From Thermoplasmata archaeon (GTDB lineage Archaea; Thermoplasmatota; Thermoplasmata; Thermoplasmatales; Thermoplasmataceae), in contig JAKADL010000001.1 of the NCBI GenBank assembly GCA_021820565.1, positions 2,786 to 66,785 of the forward strand: a DNA stretch of 64,000 bases. Reading direction: 5' to 3'. The notes beneath the pieces are model-generated. The model had not been told where the DNA came from, made no database searches, and was given only the letters and a program-made list of their open reading frames with translations. The translations under genes and the position numbers were made by a program. Positions within the stretch are counted from its first letter, which is position 1; every line of letters starts with the position of its first letter. Shown here piece by piece: positions 40,101-50,090 of the stretch.

Positions 40101-41942
40101 TTATTTATATGATTTAATTCCTTTTTTCCGCAGGGCAGAATTTAATTTTACAGCTGCCCTGATAACACCGAGATGCGTAATTGCCTGTGGAAAATTCCCC
40201 AGCATTTCATTGCATTCTTTAAATTCTATCTCTTCAGAGAACAGCATCAGGTGGTTTGAACGTGACAGCAACCTTTCAAATATTTCCTTTGCATCGTTCA
40301 CACGCCCCATGAGTATTAAATCCTCGACATACCAGAATGATAACAATAGAAATCCATTATCATGACCGCTGAGACCATCATTATCCCTGTACCTGATGAA
40401 AAGATCACAGGGGTTTTTTAGATCCTTTTCGACTTTTTTCAATGTGGATAGGAACTTTGGATCGTTTGCTTTAATAAAGCCCGTGAGTGGCATTCTCAGT
40501 ATGGAACCATCAACCTCATCACTGCCATAATACTGTGTAAATGCGTTTACCTCAGTATTATATCCCTTATCCATGATCTCCGCCTTTATTTCCCTTCTAA
40601 CCTTCATCCATTCCCGGTAAGGTGCACGGTAACCCAGTGATTTTCCCATGATAATGGCTCTGTGGAATGCGGTCCATGAAATAAATTTGGAGTAAAGATA
40701 ATGTCTGGGCTCTGATCTGAACTCCCATATACTTGAGTCGGGCAGTTTCCATATATTTTTCAGCGTTTCCAGTATCTCAATTATAAAGTCCCAGAGATAT
40801 GTTGTAACCAATCCTCCAGCCTCATAAAACCTGAATACTGCATCCACAATTGAACCATACTGGTCTATCTGTAACTGATCCGATGCTTTATTTCCTATTC
40901 TTACAGGAGTTGAATCCATATATCCGGAGAAATTTATAATTTTTTCGTCCATATCATCCGATGAATTGATCGGGTATATTGTCCTGATTTTTGTATCTTT
41001 CTGAACCATTGCCATTAGATCATACAGGAATTTTGAGGCTTCATCCTTCAGTCCTATCAGGGAAAGCGATTCTATCACATATGCAGTATCCCTGATCCAT
41101 GTAAAACGGTAATCCCAGTTCCGCTCTCCGCCTATATCTTCCGGCAAACTGGTGGTAGGTGCGGCCACCATCATCCCTGTGGGCTCATAGAAAAGACCCT
41201 TCAGGGTGAGAGCGGATCTGAGCACATGATCGTAATAAAGCCCGCTGTAATTAATCTTGCCTGTCCATGATCTCCAGTAATTCCTGCTTTCTTCCAGCCT
41301 ATCGTAGGAACTGTACTGTTCAACGTTCCCTATCTGCCGAACCCCGCTCAATATCACTACCCACTGGTATGTACCTTTTTTCAGGGTTGTATTGATAAAA
41401 ACATTTTCCTTCCCTTTCTGAAGTTTTAAATTTGTTGAAATTCCCAGTGTTCTGTCTTTGGATGAAAAAAGATAACCATATCTATTTTCACTTATTTTTA
41501 CGTGATCAGTACCGAAATTGAAATCGGGCTTCAGATCCAGCATTATATCAATATCGGTAAACGGTGCCTCGATAAATCTGTGTATTTCCGGAAAATTTAT
41601 GGTACTGTATCCCGAAACAGGGAGAAAATCGGTGAGTCTGAGGACAACATGATTGTCTTTTATAAATTCAGTAATGAGGACATTGGTAAATTCTTCATAG
41701 AACTGGTTAACATGGCATACAGCCACTGGTTTTGTCTTTAAATAGCCTCCCTTATGCGCATCAAGAATTGAATCAAACACCGGATTTGAATTGAAATCTG
41801 GAAAACAGGCCCAGTCAACAGTGCCATCCATCCCTACCAGGGCAGCAGTCCTGTTATTTACAATGAATCCGTGGTCCTTTATTTTGAGATAATCTGAAGT
41901 GTATGTATTTTTTATGTCGTGTAAGCCCCTATATGATCCCAT
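40101..41942 (-). CDS. Glycoside hydrolase family 15 (probable trehalase)
   Basis: AAPTTSLPE.IGGERNWDYRFTWIRD, SIWEFR and LFSEE..GNFPQA motifs; upstream of otsAB. Confidence 0.9.
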   Translation of the reverse strand: MGSYRGLHDIKNTYTSDYLKIKDHGFIVNNRTAALVGMDGTVDWACFPDFNSNPVFDSILDAHKGGYLKTKPVAVCHVNQFYEEFTNVLITEFIKDNHVVLRLTDFLPVSGYSTINFPEIHRFIEAPFTDIDIMLDLKPDFNFGTDHVKISENRYGYLFSSKDRTLGISTNLKLQKGKENVFINTTLKKGTYQWVVILSGVRQIGNVEQYSSYDRLEESRNYWRSWTGKINYSGLYYDHVLRSALTLKGLFYEPTGMMVAAPTTSLPEDIGGERNWDYRFTWIRDTAYVIESLSLIGLKDEASKFLYDLMAMVQKDTKIRTIYPINSSDDMDEKIINFSGYMDSTPVRIGNKASDQLQIDQYGSIVDAVFRFYEAGGLVTTYLWDFIIEILETLKNIWKLPDSSIWEFRSEPRHYLYSKFISWTAFHRAIIMGKSLGYRAPYREWMKVRREIKAEIMDKGYNTEVNAFTQYYGSDEVDGSILRMPLTGFIKANDPKFLSTLKKVEKDLKNPCDLFIRYRDNDGLSGHDNGFLLLSFWYVEDLILMGRVNDAKEIFERLLSRSNHLMLFSEEIEFKECNEMLGNFPQAITHLGVIRAAVKLNSALRKKGIKSYK

Positions 41943-42025
41943 TGAAAAATAAAGCATTATAAGATATAAAGAGTTTTTGAAGCTGCCGGTATCTATTCAA
42001 AAAGTGCTTTATTGAAATAACAAAT

Positions 42026-42259
42026 TCAGGATTCATTATCTCCGCCTTCTTCCTCTTCGCTGCCGGTTATAACTTCATCGCTATCTGTAACATGATATCT
42101 TGATCTTGTGTGGCATTCCGGGCATTTGCATGAAAATGTATGTAGTCCATATCTGAATATTACACCGACCTCCGGATCGGACAGCGAATTCCACGCTGAA
42201 TAATTAACCGTAAATTCATTTCCACATTTGGGACATTTAACACTGTATTCTTCTGTCAT
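42026..42259 (-). CDS. Small zinc-ribbon protein
   Basis: 77 aa with CPKC and CPEC and an acidic tail. Confidence 0.7.
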   Translation of the reverse strand: MTEEYSVKCPKCGNEFTVNYSAWNSLSDPEVGVIFRYGLHTFSCKCPECHTRSRYHVTDSDEVITGSEEEEGGDNES

Positions 42260-42391
42260 GTTTATCGTTCTATATATTATAGAACAGTATATAAATTTTC
42301 TATAATAACTACAATATCGGATTGATATACTGAAAATAGGTTTATAATTAAATTTTAGAAATACTTAATTATATTTATTGTATTCTATAAC

Positions 42392-43651
42392 ATGACTCTC
42401 GTGGATGATGCTCTTCAGATAATAAAACAGGCACAGGATGCTGAAAGTAACAACCGGGTAAGGGAGGCGATTAAACTATATACCGAAGCTGCTAAACTTC
42501 TGATGAGATCATCTAAACTTGAAAATCCAGATGTGTCAGCTCATCGTGTAAAACAGGCAAGGTCCATATTCCAGATTGCGGATAATTTAGAGGAAAAACT
42601 CCGGAATCAGGAGGAGGCAGAAGAAAAGAAGTCAGATACATTATTATTGACAAATGATGTGAATAAACAGGATATTCCCGTTGATGCTAGAACCAGGAAA
42701 CAAAAGTTGCCGATTGATATTGTTCAAGAGAAGTCCTTATCAGGAGATAATAGAAAGGAGGTTGCCATGCCCGAGGATGTGAATTTGAAAAATACCCCGG
42801 AAGAGCAGATATTTCTGGATGAAATGGGCATTGATAATATCAATATCCCTGATATTTCCTTTGATGATGTGGTTGGATTAGATATGGTTAAGGATGAAGT
42901 TAAGGTTAAAATACTTCTACCACTGATAAAAAAGGACCTTGCAAAAGTTTATGATATCAGTGCTGGAGGCGGGATACTTATGTATGGTCCTCCGGGAAAT
43001 GGGAAAACATTTATAGCCAGAGCCATAGCCCATGAAGCCAGAGCATATTTTATAAATATCAACCCGTCCAACCTGCTTAACCAGTGGTTTGGAAAATTTG
43101 AAAAGAATATAGAAAAACTATTTAAATACGCATCGAAACATTCTCCTGCCGTATTATTTTTCGACGAAATAGATGCAATTACCCCGAAGAGATCAAAAAC
43201 CAATTCCAGCTATATGAAAAGAGCCGTCCCTGCATTACTTTCGGAAATGGATGGCATAGTCGCCAGAAAACATACATTGCTGGTTATAGGGGCCACAAAC
43301 AATCCATGGGATATAGATGAGGCATTTCTGAGACCGGGAAGATTTGGAGAGCGCATATATATTCCACCGCCTGATGTAAAGGCACGTGAAATTCTATTTC
43401 AAATGTATTTAAAAAATGCCATACATGATGAATTAGATTATGAATACTTTTCAAATATTACAGAAAATTTCTCTGCTGCGGATATAAAATATGTCTGTGA
43501 TAAAGCAAAAGAAAAAGTATTCAAAGAGGTAACAACAACCGATGTGGTAAGAAACATAACAGAAGAAGACGTACTTGAATCAATAGATGCAAGCAAACCC
43601 TCCGTAAATAACGAGATGCTCGCTAAATACATAAATTTCAGAGATTCATAA
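42392..43651 (+). CDS. MIT-domain AAA+ ATPase (Vps4/CdvC-like)
   Basis: N-terminal three-helix MIT-like region; GPPGNGKT, FFDEID and ATNNPWDIDEAFLRPGRF; single AAA module. Confidence 0.85.
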   Translation: MTLVDDALQIIKQAQDAESNNRVREAIKLYTEAAKLLMRSSKLENPDVSAHRVKQARSIFQIADNLEEKLRNQEEAEEKKSDTLLLTNDVNKQDIPVDARTRKQKLPIDIVQEKSLSGDNRKEVAMPEDVNLKNTPEEQIFLDEMGIDNINIPDISFDDVVGLDMVKDEVKVKILLPLIKKDLAKVYDISAGGGILMYGPPGNGKTFIARAIAHEARAYFININPSNLLNQWFGKFEKNIEKLFKYASKHSPAVLFFDEIDAITPKRSKTNSSYMKRAVPALLSEMDGIVARKHTLLVIGATNNPWDIDEAFLRPGRFGERIYIPPPDVKAREILFQMYLKNAIHDELDYEYFSNITENFSAADIKYVCDKAKEKVFKEVTTTDVVRNITEEDVLESIDASKPSVNNEMLAKYINFRDS

Positions 43652-43829
43652 AATGCTTGTATAATTTAATTCACTGGATTTTATGGTTTGATTGGCTTTT
43701 CATAAAATAAATATAATAAATTCATATTTAGATCAAAAAAAGAATAAGAAGTGATTTAACCTACTTTACGGGCTCCTGACATCTATAACCATGAACAAAT
43801 CTATTTATAACCAAATGTGTTATTATTCT

Positions 43830-44912
43830 ATGAAATTAAGCTATAAAAAACTCAAAATGCCATTGATAAGCCCTTTTACCACCAGTTTTGGAACAGACAA
43901 AGATAAGGATGTTTATGTATTTATTCTTGAAAATAATGGTATAACGGCTTATTCGGAGTGTGTTACCGACGAAAATCCATTTTATGGCCCTGAAGACAAT
44001 TATACAGCATTCCACATCATTAAAAATTACCTCTCCACTATTGTAAAGGAAGCACCGGAGCCTGAAGAATTCAATGGAAGATCTAAATTTATAAAGGGCA
44101 ACAATATGGCAAAGGCTGCCATGGAGATGCTTCTGTATGATTATTATGCAAAACTTGATGGAAAGCCTTTAAGCAAGTACATGGGCAAAACAAGGGGCTA
44201 TGCCAATGTTGGTATCTCTCTCGGCATGGATGATATCAATATAACTCTAAAGAAAATACAGGATGCACTGGACCGTGGGTATAAAAGGGTGAAAGTAAAG
44301 ATAATGAAAGGTAAGGAGACAGAAATTCTGGGAGCTGTTCGCGATAGTTTCCCGGAAATAGTTCTGAGTGCCGATGCCAACAGTGACTATACAGAGAAAG
44401 ATTTTAACCTCGTTAAAAAAATTGATAAATATGACCTAGTGTATCTGGAACAGCCACTCTATCATGATGATATCATCTATCATTCAAGACTGGCAAAGCA
44501 GATGTCAACTCCCATATGCCTTGATGAATCCATAACATCCCCGGAAAAAGCACAGAAAGCATTCGAAATTGAGGCCTGCAAGGTCATAAATATCAAGGAG
44601 GGCCGTCTGGGCGGCATAGAAAATTCATTGAAAGTTATGGATATAGTAAAATCCTTCAAGGGTAATGTCTGGATCGGTGGAATGCTTGAAACCGGAATCG
44701 GGAGGGCATTCAATGTCTCTGTTGCATCACTTGAAGACATAAACTATCCCGGCGATACATCGCCAAACGATAAATACTTCACACATGATATTGTCAAGAA
44801 CCCATTTAATATGATTAATGGAACCATAAAACCCAATGAAGGCAATGGCATTGGGGTCGAAATTGATGGAGAATATTTAAAGAAGTATACAGTAGAGGAG
44901 GGTGTTTTATAA
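43830..44912 (+). CDS. menC: o-succinylbenzoate synthase / N-succinylamino acid racemase (enolase superfamily)
   Basis: PFTTSFG, RVKVKI, DANS, EQPL, LDESI, WIGGMLETGIGRA and PGDTS motifs. Confidence 0.9.
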   Translation: MKLSYKKLKMPLISPFTTSFGTDKDKDVYVFILENNGITAYSECVTDENPFYGPEDNYTAFHIIKNYLSTIVKEAPEPEEFNGRSKFIKGNNMAKAAMEMLLYDYYAKLDGKPLSKYMGKTRGYANVGISLGMDDINITLKKIQDALDRGYKRVKVKIMKGKETEILGAVRDSFPEIVLSADANSDYTEKDFNLVKKIDKYDLVYLEQPLYHDDIIYHSRLAKQMSTPICLDESITSPEKAQKAFEIEACKVINIKEGRLGGIENSLKVMDIVKSFKGNVWIGGMLETGIGRAFNVSVASLEDINYPGDTSPNDKYFTHDIVKNPFNMINGTIKPNEGNGIGVEIDGEYLKKYTVEEGVL

Positions 44913-46036
44913 CGAATAATATAATAGAATATTTCAAAGGGCAGCAGGATGCTATGATTTCTGATCTGAAATCAATCATTGAAATAGAAAGCCCTTCCAC
45001 AGATAAAGCGAGTTTAGACATATTTGCTTCCTTTATGAAAGAATACATAAAAAAGGAGCTTGGCCTGGATGCTGAAATTCTTGAATCCAATGATGCCGGT
45101 AACGATTTACGCCTGCGTATAAGAGGAAAACTTGAAAAACAGGTGCTTTTATTATGCCATTATGATACTGTATTCTCTAAGGGAACGCTGAAAAGTAGAC
45201 CGTTCAGGATAGTTGATGGAAAAGCATATGGCCCCGGAATCTTTGATATGAAAACAGGGATTATACAGACAATTTATGCATTGAAAGCACTGATAAAAAA
45301 TAATGAATTGTTAAATAACGTTGTTTTGTTGATTACATCTGATGAAGAAATTGAATCAAGGTCATCAAAGGATATTATAATAAATGAAGCAAAAAAGTCC
45401 CTGTATACTCTAGTAATGGAACCTTCTCTGAATGGTGCACTGAAAACGGAGAGAAGTGGTGTTGGAACCATTACCGTTAATGTTTATGGTAAAGCTTCAC
45501 ATGCCGGCCTGGATCCTGAAAGTGGTGCCAATGCAATATATGAGATAGCATATATGATCCCTGAAATTATCGGCCTGAACAACAAAAGTAAAGGCACATC
45601 ATTGAACCTTGACGTTATAAAAGGAGGTGACAGAACCAACGTAATTCCTGACTTCTGCCAGGGTATAATGGATATACGCTACCGCATTCCGGAAGAATCA
45701 GATAGAGTTTTAAAAGCACTGAAAGAGATACCGGCAAAAATTCCTGGAACCAGACGGGAAATAGAATATATACTCAGGCCACCATTAATAAAAACTGTGG
45801 AATCAGAAAAACTTTATGAAAAGATAAATAAGCTGGGGGCTGAAAATGGCATTCATATCTCACAGGCATCCGTGGCAGGTGGCAGCGATGGGAACTTCTG
45901 TTCTTATTACTGTCCGGTTATAGATGGATTGGGAGCAGTGGGAGCGGGGGCGCACTCTGAAAACGAGTATGTGCTTGTAGATAAAATCCCGGAAAGAACG
46001 GCACTGTTATATTTAATACTGAAGAATATAGAGTGA
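44909..46036 (+). CDS. M20 family metallopeptidase
   Basis: IESPS, HYDTVF, GPGIFDMK, DEE, SHAG, GGSDGN and GAHS motifs. Frame is open from ATA 44909; first ATG at 44954. Confidence 0.9.
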   Translation: MTNNIIEYFKGQQDAMISDLKSIIEIESPSTDKASLDIFASFMKEYIKKELGLDAEILESNDAGNDLRLRIRGKLEKQVLLLCHYDTVFSKGTLKSRPFRIVDGKAYGPGIFDMKTGIIQTIYALKALIKNNELLNNVVLLITSDEEIESRSSKDIIINEAKKSLYTLVMEPSLNGALKTERSGVGTITVNVYGKASHAGLDPESGANAIYEIAYMIPEIIGLNNKSKGTSLNLDVIKGGDRTNVIPDFCQGIMDIRYRIPEESDRVLKALKEIPAKIPGTRREIEYILRPPLIKTVESEKLYEKINKLGAENGIHISQASVAGGSDGNFCSYYCPVIDGLGAVGAGAHSENEYVLVDKIPERTALLYLILKNIE

Positions 46037-46056
46037 AATATCCATATTTATATATT

Positions 46057-46554
46057 TTAAAGCATTTTCTCCATAATTTCAGTATCAATCCATTTATCAT
46101 TTATAATTCCCTGCTCATGCAATACTCCCACAGATGAAAAACCTCTTGACAGATAAAGTTTTTTTGCCCTCTCATTTCCATAAATCATAGTAAGTACTAT
46201 TTTATGGAAGTCATTGTTTCTGGCTGTTGAGATCCCATGATCCAGAAGGAAGCCTCCTGTACCCATATTTCGCATGTCTCTGTGTACATAAATAGAGATA
46301 TCGGCAACGAATCTATAAGCCTCACGCTGGCTGAATTTGTTAAGAGATAACCATCCGGAGATATATCCTGATGATTCTGCGACCATAACAGTATACCGCG
46401 CATCCCGGTTGATCAGCCATTGTTTTACAAATTTTTCATCTCTGAATTCAGTTTCAAGAGTTGCATTACCTTCTTCAATTCCCTGATTCCAGATTTCAGC
46501 AATTTTGCCTGCATCTGATAACTCTGCATTTCTGAATAGTGGAGTTGTCTCCAT
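46057..46554 (-). CDS. GNAT N-acetyltransferase (Pat/ArsN-like)
   Basis: IWNQGIE..NATLE, REAYRFVADISIYV and RNMGTG motifs. Confidence 0.88.
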   Translation of the reverse strand: METTPLFRNAELSDAGKIAEIWNQGIEEGNATLETEFRDEKFVKQWLINRDARYTVMVAESSGYISGWLSLNKFSQREAYRFVADISIYVHRDMRNMGTGGFLLDHGISTARNNDFHKIVLTMIYGNERAKKLYLSRGFSSVGVLHEQGIINDKWIDTEIMEKML

Positions 46555-46653
46555 AGAATTCTTAGTCGACACGTTTATTTAATTTTTTGGAAGGAATATA
46601 GATTTATTTAACTTTAAAAATTGGAAATCCTGTACATCAATATGTAGAAGATG

Positions 46654-47547
46654 TTACTTATTAATCTCCTCAACAATTCCCATAATACTTGTATTTATCT
46701 TATTCCAGAGCTCACTTCTCCTCTCCATGTATCTTATCTCGTCCCTGCTCATTCTCAATTTTGGTATGGAGTCTGGTATTATATAATTTTCATAATCCTT
46801 TAAAACCAGTGATTCCATTATACTTTCCATAACTATGATTCTATTGTTAACTTTGTATTTAAACGGTTTTATTTTGGCAAATCTGGCCACAATATAAGAT
46901 AGATATGAAATGACCATGGGCTCTAGATGCAAAATCCCCATATCTATTAATTTATAGTTTGCAGCTATTACTGCATCTCTCAAATTCATTATTCTGGTAA
47001 TTGCAGTATTCTGGCTATTTCTCCGGTAATCCAGTGAATCAAAATGTTCTGACGGGAATGCTATAACACCACCGAATTGAATTGCCCTTGCTAAAAGATC
47101 GATGTCCTCATACTCTCTCAGATTTCTCCATCCACCTGTTCTATCTATTAAGTCCCTTGGAATTATCATTACTTCGGAAAGTAAAACCTTTTTTTCCCAT
47201 TTCACGAGAAAGTTATGTATTAAATCCGAAATTTCCGGACGATAATTTACCGTGGGATTGAATATAATCAGAAAATCCCCTGTACTCTGTAAATATGCAA
47301 GTTGTTTTCCTTCACCGTAGGTTGTGAATTTTGCCTTAATAAATTTTATATTTTCAGATTTAAAGTTCACTGACTCATGTGTAGATACAACCAGTTCATA
47401 TGGATATCCCACTTCCTCTGCTACATTTATAATGCTTTCCACTGATTTTTTAACATTTTCAGTTATTTCCAGTGCAACGGCACAGAAGGAAATTTTTATT
47501 CCACGGGAATAGGATACAGGCATATTTTTTACTTCATATGATTCCAT
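46654..47547 (-). CDS. Divergent GT-A fold (GT2-like) glycosyltransferase-like protein
   Basis: GEGKQLAY..STGDFLI and GGWRNL...EDIDLLAR present; DxD motif degenerate. Confidence 0.55.
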   Translation of the reverse strand: MESYEVKNMPVSYSRGIKISFCAVALEITENVKKSVESIINVAEEVGYPYELVVSTHESVNFKSENIKFIKAKFTTYGEGKQLAYLQSTGDFLIIFNPTVNYRPEISDLIHNFLVKWEKKVLLSEVMIIPRDLIDRTGGWRNLREYEDIDLLARAIQFGGVIAFPSEHFDSLDYRRNSQNTAITRIMNLRDAVIAANYKLIDMGILHLEPMVISYLSYIVARFAKIKPFKYKVNNRIIVMESIMESLVLKDYENYIIPDSIPKLRMSRDEIRYMERRSELWNKINTSIMGIVEEINK

Positions 47548-47708
47548 AGTATGTTTTGGATAATGATATATCGAATTAAAGCTTATTGGTCAGAAAATCC
47601 ATTATAATTATTATTGGCCTTATTTATTTGAAATAAGAAAATTTGTAGTTTTCCATATGATTACAAATAAATTTAAATAATGTTATAATATTATAAAAAT
47701 GGAGATTT

Positions 47709-48161
47709 ATGACACTCATAGTCAGAACTTTGATTCATTTATTAGATCATGAAGTTGAAAATGACACTGCCTCAAAAGTTTATATCAATGTTCCCAAGAA
47801 AGTTTTAGAGATGTATACTGTAAAAGTCGGGTGTATTTTGAATGGCGAAATTGAACAAATCAAAAAATTTATAGATGAGAATGAATCGCTAAACCCCCAG
47901 ATCAGAACAGGAGCAAAAGATTACAGTCAGATCATAGGAAATCACGTTAAAATGATATACTATAAAGGTGCAGCAGATGAGGACCATGATTATTTATTCT
48001 TTCCCAAGCCAACAGCAATAAAATTAACATCATACGCAATATTTCCCAATGATTATGTAATTAAGATGGCTTTTGATAGTATAATATGTGGATGGAAACA
48101 TACTAAGCTTTACAGTGAAACATCTGTAAACTTTGATGATACGGAGCAGTATTATGACTGA
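47709..48161 (+). CDS. Hypothetical protein overlapping the second MIT-AAA gene
   Basis: 150-aa ORF with GGAG upstream; its stop overlaps the next start (ATGACTGA). Confidence 0.65.
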   Translation: MTLIVRTLIHLLDHEVENDTASKVYINVPKKVLEMYTVKVGCILNGEIEQIKKFIDENESLNPQIRTGAKDYSQIIGNHVKMIYYKGAADEDHDYLFFPKPTAIKLTSYAIFPNDYVIKMAFDSIICGWKHTKLYSETSVNFDDTEQYYD

Positions 48162-49251
48162 AACGAAGGTTGACCATGCTGGTTTACTTATTAAAAAAGC
48201 TATGGATGCCGAATCCGCCGGAAATAGAGAGGAAGCAGCTCGGATATATAAAAATGCATATGATGAAATCATGGAAATAGCTGCGCATTCCAGTGGAAGG
48301 ATAAGGGAAAAAAGACTGCGCCAGGCGGAAAGCCTGAAAAAAATTTATGAATCCATTGAGGGGAAACCTGATGAAGAGGACAGGGTGGCCGAGGGGAGAA
48401 AAATTCTGGATCAGCTGAATATAGAACCACCTGAGATACCAAAGATTACTTTCCAGGAGGTTGCAGGGCTTGAAAATGTGAAAAATGAGATAATGTCAAA
48501 GATAATATATCCAATGAGATATAAGGAGCTCTCCCAGGAATATAATATTGAATTCAGTGGTGGAATGCTGCTTTATGGACCACCCGGTACTGGCAAAACA
48601 TTTATTGTCAAGGCTATAGCTAATGAGGTAAAAGCCAATTTTATTAATGTTAACCCATCTACATTGTACAGTCAGTGGTTCGGGCAATTTGAAAAAAATA
48701 TATCACAGCTATTCCATGCTGCATATTTATTATCTCCATCAATATTATTTTTCGATGAAATAGACACGCTTGTACCGAAACGATCTGGTTCTGAATCAGA
48801 TGCAGCAAGAAGGGGAGTTTCACAGCTTCTTACGGAAGTTGGCGGGCTCACATCCCAGAAGGACAGGAATATATTCATAATAGCTGCCACAAATAATCCC
48901 TGGGGAATTGACGAGGCAATAATGAGGCCGGGAAGATTCGATGTCAAGATATATGTCCCACCACCTGATTATGAATCCAGAAAGAAATTATTCCAGCTAA
49001 AATTATCTGAAATTAAGCACCTGGGCAAAATAGATTATGGAGATCTCGCAGAGAAAACAGAAAGATATTCTGGTGCGGATATTGAGTTCATCTGCAAAAA
49101 GGCTGTTCAAAATGTATTCATGGAAGTCATAAAAACGGGGGATAAAATTGATGTTACAACGGAAGACCTCCTGGATGTGATATCCCAGATAAAACCATCA
49201 ATAGATATTAGTCTTCTCAAAAAATATCAGGATTACACATTGACCACGTAA
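48154..49251 (+). CDS. MIT-domain AAA+ ATPase (Vps4/CdvC-like), second paralog
   Basis: MIT-like N-terminus (KKAMDAESAGNREEAARIY); GPPGTGKT, FFDEID and ATNNPWGIDEAIMRPGRF. Confidence 0.87.
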   Translation: MTETKVDHAGLLIKKAMDAESAGNREEAARIYKNAYDEIMEIAAHSSGRIREKRLRQAESLKKIYESIEGKPDEEDRVAEGRKILDQLNIEPPEIPKITFQEVAGLENVKNEIMSKIIYPMRYKELSQEYNIEFSGGMLLYGPPGTGKTFIVKAIANEVKANFINVNPSTLYSQWFGQFEKNISQLFHAAYLLSPSILFFDEIDTLVPKRSGSESDAARRGVSQLLTEVGGLTSQKDRNIFIIAATNNPWGIDEAIMRPGRFDVKIYVPPPDYESRKKLFQLKLSEIKHLGKIDYGDLAEKTERYSGADIEFICKKAVQNVFMEVIKTGDKIDVTTEDLLDVISQIKPSIDISLLKKYQDYTLTT

Positions 49252-49309
49252 AATCTGAACCCAATTTTTGTACCGAAATATTTATTACATGGTAAATACT
49301 ATAAATATT

Positions 49310-49930
49310 ATGTCCATTTTACCTAAGAAAAAGCACCAGTTAACAAAGGAGGAGCAACTCGAAGAAACTAAAGTAAAAATTAAGGATTTGCAGATGAATT
49401 TAAAGAGAGCCATACGTGCACTTCTTAAAAGGGCGCAGTCCCTGGAGGCCAGTAGGCAGGCTGCAGAAGAGAGGAGTTATAATGATATAGAAAATGGATT
49501 ATCAAAGCAAATTAATGATGTAAGAGCATTCATCACATATTTTGATAGAACCAACATACTTCTTGATTCAATTTCATCCCAGCTTGATATGTTCAATGAT
49601 GCGGGAAAGGCAATGGACCTCATAGCTGATAGTGAGGTTATATTCCAGGCACTGAAAATTACGCCCGATCAACAGGCCAGTTATCTAAAATCATTAACTA
49701 GCATAAAGGATATAGCTGATAGCAACCTCAATTCAATCAATGACCAGGTAGAGCAGATAAATGAAAATCTTGGATTCAGTGAGGGTACCGAGTCACCTAT
49801 TTCAGAGGACCAGCTTCTTACCAACTTCCTGAATAGAACTGCGGCAAAGGCTAAAACAGGAAATCAGAAAACTGACGAAATAGATAAAGAACTGGAAAAA
49901 AGAAACACAGAGCGCGAATCACAGAACTGA
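49310..49930 (+). CDS. Coiled-coil protein, candidate Snf7/ESCRT-III (CdvB-like)
   Basis: ~206 aa, all-helical pattern, basic N-terminal half and acidic C-terminal half; directly downstream of the Vps4-like gene. Confidence 0.55.
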   Translation: MSILPKKKHQLTKEEQLEETKVKIKDLQMNLKRAIRALLKRAQSLEASRQAAEERSYNDIENGLSKQINDVRAFITYFDRTNILLDSISSQLDMFNDAGKAMDLIADSEVIFQALKITPDQQASYLKSLTSIKDIADSNLNSINDQVEQINENLGFSEGTESPISEDQLLTNFLNRTAAKAKTGNQKTDEIDKELEKRNTERESQN

Positions 49931-49943
49931 TCAAATCAGCATT

Positions 49944-50057
49944 ATGATAATCAGAAAAAGAAAGGAAAACCCTCTTTTTTTCGATCTGGGCGTTTTCAGA
50001 CAGCAGAGAAATGAAAATGAATTCAAAAAATTTCTGGAACGTATTAAGGGAAGATGA
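49944..50057 (+). CDS. Putative 37-aa small protein (not in ORF track)
   Basis: Manual translation MIIRKRKENPLFFDLGVFRQQRNENEFKKFLERIKGR; starts 13 nt after the previous stop. Confidence 0.35.
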   Translation: MIIRKRKENPLFFDLGVFRQQRNENEFKKFLERIKGR

Positions 50058-50090
50058 ACAGGCGGGAGGAAGTTATATTACACTGGAATA

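Noticed and set aside
43745..43790. Slightly GC-richer intergenic patches with CTGA (also ~9600-9637 and ~10550-10600) as possible C/D-box sRNAs
   Set aside because: No convincing RTGATGA C box with paired D/D' boxes.
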